64,000 bases of DNA, taken from contig OX597814.1 in assembly GCA_951406725.2 (NCBI GenBank), positions 112,778,001 through 112,842,000 on the forward strand. Reading direction: 5' to 3'. A program made the translations under genes and the position numbers. Source of the stretch: Octopus vulgaris (lineage: Eukaryota). The notes under the pieces were generated by a model. That model saw only the letters and a program-made list of their open reading frames with translations. It made no database searches and was not told where the DNA came from. Shown in pieces: positions 55,095 through 64,000 of the stretch (its first letter is position 1; each line of letters opens with the position of its first letter).

Positions 55095-56100
55095 TTTCAT
55101 TTTCATTTTCATTTTATTTAGTTTCAGCTCACGAGCTGTGGCCATGCTGGGGCACCGCCATTCGGTGTTGCTACGTGATTTTACTTCACAAATGCTTTTT
55201 AGCAATTGACACTTGGTGCATGAGAGAGTTTGATACAGCTGCCCTCATCTGCACCTCTTGCCGTGAAGTTGGTTCATCTGGGACACCTGACAGGAAGAGG
55301 TCCAGCTTTATTTTAAAGACATCTGCATCCACCCCGTGCAGGTCTCTCAGGTCCTTCGGGAGGATATTGAAGAGCCCAGGCTATCACAGTATCTTGTCCT
55401 ATTTCTTGATGGCAAATTTGGAGTCCTTGGCACTATGCAGTGGCGCCCAGTTCTAGTATTTGTGTAACTCTCGATGCCAAAGTTTGGGACAAGTCCTTCC
55501 AGGATCTTCCAGATGTATATTATGGCATATCTTTCTCGCCTACGCTCTAAGGAATAGAGTCTTAATCTCTTGAGTCTTTCCCAATAGCTTATATGCTGCA
55601 CAGAGGCTATCTTCTTCGTGTAGCTTCGTTGGATCGCCTCAAGTTCTGTGATTAATTTGACACTGATTGGTAACCATAGCTGAGAGCAATAGTCAAAGTG
55701 GCTTAGGACAAGTGTCCTCCAGAGGACCATCATGATTCCCTGGTCTCTTGTTCTAAAAGCTCTAAGAATCCATCCGGTCAGCCGCCTACATTTCATTGCC
55801 AATTTAGCAACATGCACATGAAAGGTTGCATCATTACTCATGTAAATACCCAGGTCTCGCACTGATTGTGCCTCTGGGATTGCAATCCCTCCAGGTCCAA
55901 TGTATTTATTGAGTATTGCATTTTGTTTTGCATGCTGATAGCATAAAGCTTGAAACTTTTCAGCATTGAACTGCATGCTTTTCTTTTCAGCCCACTTGTA
56001 TATTTTGTCCAGCTCACATTGCAGGTGCATGTCTTCAGGATTCTGTATTACCTGTGAAACTTTTGTATCATCTGCATAACTTGTGATCGTGGCTCTCTGA
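55095..56100 (-). mobile_element. CR1/L2-group LINE 3' end (RT C-terminus, 3' UTR, (AAAATG)n tail)
   Basis: SYADDTKV at about 56058-56081, LQCELDKIYKW..MQFNAEK, RDLGI, FDYCSQLW, YSLERRRER, LFNILPKDLR..KLDLFLSGVPDEP. Confidence 0.92.
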
Positions 56101-56228
56101 TCATCATCATCGTCGTCGTCGTCGTCGTCATCGTCGTCGCCATTATTATTTTAAAGACATCTGCATCCACCCCATGCAGGTCTCTCAGGTCCTTCGGGAG
56201 GATATTGAAGAGCCCAGGCTATCATCGA

Positions 56229-56306
<78 letters not shown>

Positions 56307-56331
56307 GATCAAGATTATGATTATGATTATG

Positions 56332-56373
<42 letters not shown>

Positions 56374-56586
56374 TTTATTATTGCGGCTGAAGAGAGCTTT
56401 AAACCATTTTTATATCAATAATACACTGCTGTAATAACAAATTGTTTATAAAGCTTGAAACACGTGTACCGTGATATCCTTTGTGTTTTGCTTTTAATTT
56501 ATATTTGATATATTCTCTCACCTCTGCCACTATCTGGCATATACAGGTGCTTACACTTATCAAAATTCACTCTAAATTTACAGTAC

Positions 56587-56618
<32 letters not shown>

Positions 56619-56667
56619 GCACACACGCACATGTGTGTGTGTGTGTGTGTGGATGGATGGATGTATA

Positions 56668-56739
<72 letters not shown>

Positions 56740-58264
56740 CTGTGTAATAACCTTATGGTGTGCTTTCTAAAGCTTCTCTCTGGGTATCAGATGCCTAATG
56801 TTATCATATTGTAGGACTTCTGTTATTGCATATACATGTGGAAATCTGCGTATATCCGTAGAGTATAAACAGTGCTTTGGCTCAGGTCACCTAAGGATGC
56901 TCATGCGTACAGCTGTTGTTGAATCATATTAATACAATATTGCGTATATATATATATGTATACATTCAAAAATTAACACCTGATTATGAGGCGTTGAAAC
57001 AGTTGTAGTGAGTTGCAATAAAACCTGTTCAATCCATCTTTCTCATACTACAATTTGTGTGTGTGTATGTGTGTGTGCATATTGTATGTGCATATGTATG
57101 TGCGTGTGCTTTTGTGTTTGCCCACTACCACTGCTTAACAACCGGTATTGGTTTGTTGATGCCGCAGTAATTTAGCAGTTCAGCAAAGAGCAAATATAAG
57201 TACCATATTTTTTTTTAATAAATTCTCGGATACGATTTGTTCAACTAAAACATTTAAGGCAGTGCTCCAGCATGGCGGCAGTCTAAAGACTGAAACGAAT
57301 GAAAAATAAAAGATAATGCATGACTCTTTCTCAGTAAGAAAGATCGCGGAAGACTTGGTGGAAGTCAAAATTTTACAATCGTAATGCATCGCCCGGGGAG
57401 TTCCTGATAAACAATAACAGCAATAATGTATTAAACAGTAACATATATAAGTCAAGAGTCTAAACTCTAGACGAGCACTAAGAGGTAGTTAGTCCCTGAT
57501 GATATTCTTCCATGAGTTTCCAGAAACGCTGGACAAGTCAACCTCGAAATTGACATCGAAAAGAAATATACTTTATAGCATTTCTAGCCGTAAACTTGTA
57601 AATTGTTGTAACATTCACATGGCACACAGATTCCCTTCGATTCGAGGCCATTAAGATACATTTCGAAGGTTATTTTTTCAACTCTATAGCATGAGTGAAC
57701 TACGAAATACCTGTCGTACAAGAGAGACAATGGAAGCTTTTAAACATTTAAGACATGAGACAAACTGTTATGTCATATATTTCTGTATTATCATTTGTGG
57801 AAGATATTAAGCCCGTGATCGGCAGCTGCTACAAAATGTTATCTAACAATGATCTTCTGTGGCCTCATGTTTGACAGAAACAATGTATGATGTCATCATT
57901 GAAAAGGACCGCTCTGAAACTAACGCACATACATACATACATAAATACATACATGTGTGTGTTTATATATACATATATATCTATACATATAAACATATAT
58001 ATGTATACATACAAGCATGCATATATGTATATATATTTAGGTACACATGTATATACATACACATATACACATGCATATATATGTGTGTGTGTGTGTGTGT
58101 GTGTATACATATACATATATATTGATGCACGTATTTATATGCATGCACATACATATATATACGCATGAATGTATGCATGTATGTATATATATATGCATAT
58201 ATATATTACCCTTTTTATTTGCATATATATATACATATGTATATATTTTTGTATGTAACCATGC

Positions 58265-58301
<37 letters not shown>

Positions 58302-58627
58302 TATGTATATATACACACATATATATATATACGTTTGTTCCATATATACAGAGATATAGATATATATATGTATATATATATATATGTTTACGTATATATA
58401 CAAACACTCAACCACAAACACACTCACATAAAACACACATAGGTACACACACACGCACACATGCAGACACACAAACACACACTCACATTCACACGCGCAT
58501 ACAGACACAGACACATTGTGATTTTCAGTATATACATTTGTGAAAGACTCGCTTCCTGCGTATGCAAACATAACAAAACATATGTCCAACATTAAATACC
58601 AAGATAGAAAATTATTTTTTAAAAATT

Positions 58628-59046
58628 GAGGCGGCGAGCTGGCAGAAACGTTAGCACGTCGGGTGAAATGATTAGCAGTATTTCGTCTGCCGTTACGTTC
58701 TGAGTTCAAATTCCGCCGAGTTCGACTTTGCCTTTCATCCTTTCGGAGTCGATAAATTAAGTACCAGTTACGCACTGGGGTCGATGTAATCGCCTTAATC
58801 CGTTTGTCTGTCCTTGATTGTCCTCTCTGTGTTTAGCCCCTTGTGGGTAGTAAAGAAATAGGCATTTCGTCTGCCGCTACGTTCTGAGTTCAAATTCCGC
58901 CGAGGTCGACTTTGCCTTTCATCCTTTCAGGATCGATAAATTAAGTACCAGTTACGCACTGGGGTCGATATAATCGACTTAATCCGTTTGTCTATCCTTG
59001 TTTGTCCTCTCTGTGTTTAGCCCCTTGTCGGTAGTAAAGAAATAAG
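58628..59046 (+). mobile_element. SINE family A dimer
   Basis: Junction GAAATA-GG-CATTTC. Confidence 0.9.
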
Positions 59047-59556
59047 AAAATTATTTTAAAAATCTTTTTGAGTTTGTTTATCCATTGAAAATCATGATTC
59101 AAAACGTTTAATCCTTCAAAATGTGTGAGAAAGTCATTCATGAAGAAATACATCGAAACCTAGAATTTCTTGAAGGATATCAGGAATATAGATTTGTAAT
59201 ATTTATTGTATTTATTTATCTTTTATCTTTTGCCTGTTTCAGTCATCAGACTGCAGCCATGCTGGGACAACACTTTAAAGGTTTTTGCTCGAAGGAATCG
59301 ATCCCAGTACCTTTTTCTAAGCGGATCAGGTAGTCACGGATAATTACGATATGTAATTACACCAACACTGGTTGTCACGCGGTGGCCGGGAACAAACACA
59401 CATACACGCGCGTGCACACACACACACACACTTGATCATGTTCAGCTATAAACTTTAAACCTTCTCCTATCAAGAAATATGCAGAATGTGTTTGTGTCTC
59501 TTTCTGATTATTTTAAAACTAAATTTGAAAAAGCTACTCATTCTTTTTGAATAACC

Positions 59557-59620
<64 letters not shown>

Positions 59621-59707
59621 ATGGTTTACGAAAAAAACAAAAGACGAAGACAGGTGGTGTACAAAACAACCAGATGTATTAGTATAACGCTCAGGAATAG
59701 AAAAAGT

Positions 59708-59743
59708 CTTTTACGTTTCGAGCTTACGCTCTTCTACAGAAAG
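59708..59743 (-). ncRNA. Minimal hammerhead-like motif with CUGUAGA variant core
   Basis: Second copy of the 32125-32160 motif. Confidence 0.55.
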
Positions 59744-59775
59744 GGACACAGAAAAAAACACACACACACACACAC

Positions 59776-59829
<54 letters not shown>

Positions 59830-59835
59830 TATATA

Positions 59836-60270
59836 TCATCATCATCATCATCACCATCATCATCGTTTAATGTCCGCTTTCCATGCTAGCATGGGTTGGA
59901 CGATTTGACTGAGGACTGGCAACCAGATGGCTGCACCAGGCTCCAAACTTGATCTGGCAGAGTTTCTACAGCTGGATGCCCTTCCTAACGCCAATCACTC
60001 CGAGAGTGTAGAGGGTGCTTTTACGTGCCACCAGCACGAGGGCCAGTCAGGCGGTACTGGCAACAGCTACGCCCAAATGGTGTTTTTTTTTTTTACGTGC
60101 TACTTGCATACCGGCACAAGTGCCAGTAAGGCGATGCTGGAAACGATCACGCTCGAAAGGTGCTTTTTTTACGTGCCACCGGCACGGAGGCCATTTAGAC
60201 GCTCTGGCAACGATCACGCTCGGATGGTGCTCTTAGTGCTCCACTAGCACGGATGCCAGTCATCGAATTT
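59836..60270. mobile_element. Repeat family D copy
   Basis: Homologous to 2830-3160, with four subrepeats. Confidence 0.75.
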
Positions 60271-60325
60271 GATTTTTATATAATTATATACAGGGTTGTT
60301 ATTCAAAAAAATGAGCAGATTTCAA

Positions 60326-60429
<104 letters not shown>

Positions 60430-61107
60430 GTTAAAGGCAGTGTACTGGCAGAATCATTTAGTAGATCGTCGGAGAAAAATGCTTCGCATGATTCGTGCTG
60501 TTTCTTTACGTTTTGAGATCAAATGTTCAAATACTACCAACGTCTGGTTTTTAGAGTCGATAAACTAAAGTACTAATGAAATACGATGGAGGAAGCGATG
60601 TAACCGACTTGTCTCCTTCCTCCAACTAGCTGGCCTTGACCCCTGCAATGGAGCAGGGTCCCGTTCAAGTTGGTGGAGGCGGGGCGGGGGTAGAATATTG
60701 TGATCTCGGTTTGTGATCCTGGTCAGTTATACAACGTAGAAAAACGAGTAAAAGGGTCTTGTGAATCATAAGGCTCAAGAAAAACGCAGAGAGAAACAGA
60801 GACAGAGGCGGGGTGGAGAAATGCAAGTTCTCCCCGAGGAGAGACTACAGTTGAAGGCGTAAGCAAAGAATAAGAAATGTGAGTTGTGTTTCTGAGAGTT
60901 AAAGAAATAACGGCAGCGATTAATAAGAGATTAACTTACACAACATAAATAAATCATTCACCATTTTCTGGAACGTCTTTGTATGTTTGTTTGTTTGTTT
61001 GTTTGTTTGTATGTATGTATGTATGTATGTATGTATGTATGTATACGTGTGTGTGTTTATACATGCAATACAAACATCATTGACTAGTTTCTGTATCGTT
61101 TATGCGT

Positions 61108-61187
<80 letters not shown>

Positions 61188-61321
61188 GTGTGTGTGATGT
61201 ATAAATATTTATGTAGATACCTGTATTACATACATATATACTTATAATACACACACACACACACACTCACACACATATACATATATATATATATGTATAT
61301 GTGTGTATATATATGCATGTA

Positions 61322-61357
<36 letters not shown>

Positions 61358-61424
61358 TTATGTATGTATATGTATATATATATATGTATGTATATGTATA
61401 TATATATGAATATGTATATATATG

Positions 61425-61472
<48 letters not shown>

Positions 61473-61884
61473 TGCACACACAGGAGTGTGTGTATATGTG
61501 TGTGTGCGCCCGCGCGCGCATTTATGTAAACATGTCAGCGATGTGAAGGGATGGCGTTTTCTACGAATGACGCTGATGTTGATTTTACTGTCGTCATTGT
61601 TGTTGCTGCTGTTGTTGCTGTTGTTATTGTTGTTCGTGATGTTATTGTTGCTCCTGCTGTTGATCTTTTAACCCTAGGTCAGCTCTGGTCAAGTTGACCT
61701 ATGGTTATAGAGTATTCCAACCGCGACCACATAATGTGATTTGCATGGCAACACCCAACATGTACGCATTTGAAGACAGTTTCTGAATAGAAATCTGACT
61801 GATATTTCTAGCAGATCCAGTGACCACCTATAGAGTTCTCTCGTTGGGTCATGTGTTACTTTTGTTGTTGTTACTGTTGTTTTT

Positions 61885-62410
61885 GTCGTTCTTCTTCTTC
61901 GTCACATTCTTCTCCTTCTTTTCCTTCTTCTTTTCCTCCTCCTTCTCCTCCTTTCTTTCTTCCTTCTCCTTCTCCTTCTTCTCCCCCTCCTGTTTCTTTT
62001 TCTTCTTTTTCTTCTTCTTCGTTTTCTTCCTCTTTTTCTTCTCCTTCTCCTTCTCTTTGTCTTCACCTTCTTCTCCTTCTTCTTCTTGTCTTCTTCCTCC
62101 TTCTCTTCCTTTTCCTTCTTCTCCTCCTCCTGCTTCTCCTTCTCCTCCTCCGCCTTCTTCTTCTCCTCCTCCTTCTTCTTCTTCTCCCTCCTCTTCTTCT
62201 TCTTCTTCTTCACATGCTTCCCTTTCTTCTCTTTCTTCTCCTTCTCCTGCTCCTCCTCCTTCTTCTTCTACTTCTTCTTCTTCTGCTTCTCTTTCTTCTC
62301 CTGCTTCTCCTTCTCCTTCTTCTTTTCCTCCTGCTTCTCCTCCTCCTCCTCCTTCTTCTTCTTCTTCCTCCTCCTCTTCGTCCTCCTCTTTCTTCTTCTT
62401 CTTCTTCTTT
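61885..62410. repeat. Polypyrimidine (CTT/CCT)n low-complexity tract
   Basis: Seen directly in the sequence. Confidence 0.9.
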
Positions 62411-62552
62411 CGTCCTAGTTCAAGTCCAGTCGAACAGATCCATGAGTAATGATATTCCAGCCATGACCATCCTGTCAGTTTGTATATCTGTTGCGTGATC
62501 TTCAGCGGAATTCGGTCACATTCGTTCGTGCTCAATATTCCAGTGTAAAATC

Positions 62553-63305
62553 GTGAGGCTTCATGGCCTAGGAGTTAGGGTGTTGCACTCATGATCGAGA
62601 GATTATGGTTTCAATCCCTGGACCGAGTGGTACGTTGTACTCTTAAATAAAACATTTCATCTAAGGCGGCGAGCTGGCAGAATTGTTAGCACATGGGGCA
62701 AAAGTGCTTAGTAACATTTCGTCCGTCTTTACGTTCTGAGTTCAAATATCTCTGAGGTCGACTTTGTTTTTCATCCCTTTCAAGGTCGATGAAATAAGTA
62801 CCAGTTGAGTATTGGGGCCGATCTAATCGTCTTATCCCGTCCTCCGAACTTGCCAAAATTTGGAACCAATATTCCTATTTAAATTCCTTTATAATTTAGG
62901 CGCAAAAGCCAATAATTTTGAGAGGAGGGGAACTCGTTTACATCGATCCAAGTGATCAACTGATACTTATTTTATCGACCCCGATAGGATGACAGGTAAA
63001 AATTGACTTCAGCGGCATTTGAACTCAGAACATATAGAGCCGGAAGAAATGCCGCTAAGCATTTTGTCCGATTTTACAAGCAGTCTGTCTTAATAAGTCT
63101 TTCGAATTGGTCAAAAGGCCAGCAATTAGGGCGATCCAAGTCGATTGCATCGGTCTTAGTACTTGATTCGCACTTAATTTATCGACCTTGAAACGATGGA
63201 AAGCAAAGTCGACCTCAGCGGAATTTGAACTCAGAACTTAAAGAGCCGGCTGAAATATCGCTAAGGATTTTGTCTGAGGAACTAACGAGTCTGCCAAGCT
63301 CGCCA
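62553..63305. mobile_element. Cluster of diverged SINEs (tRNA-like head, family A on both strands)
   Basis: Head 62553-62660; family A + at 62663-62870; family A - at 62895-63070 and 63110-63305. Confidence 0.7.
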
Positions 63306-63753
63306 TCTTAGTATTTCTATATCAGATCAATATCCAAGAAAAGCAAGAGGATATACAAGAGACGGATCCGGCTGGAACCTTTCCACCTTCGTCCAATATC
63401 TCACCCACTCAGCCCCTCTCTTACATCTCCACAACACACGGGATTATTGTAATTTGGAAGAAAAACAATCTTATTTATTTGACATGGTGGAATTTTTTTT
63501 TCTCGCCGAAACAAATGTTATATATTTTGGGGAAGCTTAGGAAGACAGATTATTTCCTTAACTGCTTTTTTGTTCTCCGTTTAGCTTCTCCTAAAACGTT
63601 TTGCATATATTTTTTTTACCATTTTTTGCCTTTGCGTTGTTTTCGTAATACTTCTGTCAAATATCATTGTTTTCATATCAGAGAGAGAGAGAGAGGGAGA
63701 GAAAGAGAGAGAGCGGGAGGGAGGGAGACAGACAGACAGATATATAAATATAT

Positions 63754-63786
<33 letters not shown>

Positions 63787-63793
63787 CATATGC

Positions 63794-63850
<57 letters not shown>

Positions 63851-63876
63851 TATGTATATATCACGTGATCACTTGA

Positions 63877-63912
<36 letters not shown>

Positions 63913-64000
63913 CATACATAGATACACATATACATATATACATTTTCTTTCGCATACATAATTTATCTTTGTTATATTCTCACATCATAAGGACAGGGGC

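Overview
This is a 64-kb AT-rich eukaryotic (animal) window made almost entirely of repeats; the repeat repertoire suggests an octopus or other cephalopod genome (inference). No convincing host gene is visible, and nearly all listed ORFs are artefacts of (TA)n, (CA)n, (GATA)n or trinucleotide microsatellites. The only real protein remnants come from transposons: two CR1/L2-group LINE fragments, two R4/Dong-like fragments at TAA repeats, a Penelope GIY-YIG C-terminus and two mariner transposases. The window also holds at least three tRNA-derived SINE families, two non-autonomous Helitrons, a hAT MITE and minisatellites. The most notable signal, read by eye, is about 15 type I hammerhead-ribozyme motifs. 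Two have intact cores (40761-40848 +, 43673-43723 -). Several sit in small fold-back elements with a shared layout, (TA)n-arm-body-inverted arm-tail-(TA)n, which look like non-autonomous Penelope or retrozyme-like elements. Several of these are nested in the internal microsatellite of a bipartite SINE whose 3' end matches the LINE 3' end at 55121-55159. Boundaries were read manually and may be off by a few bases.
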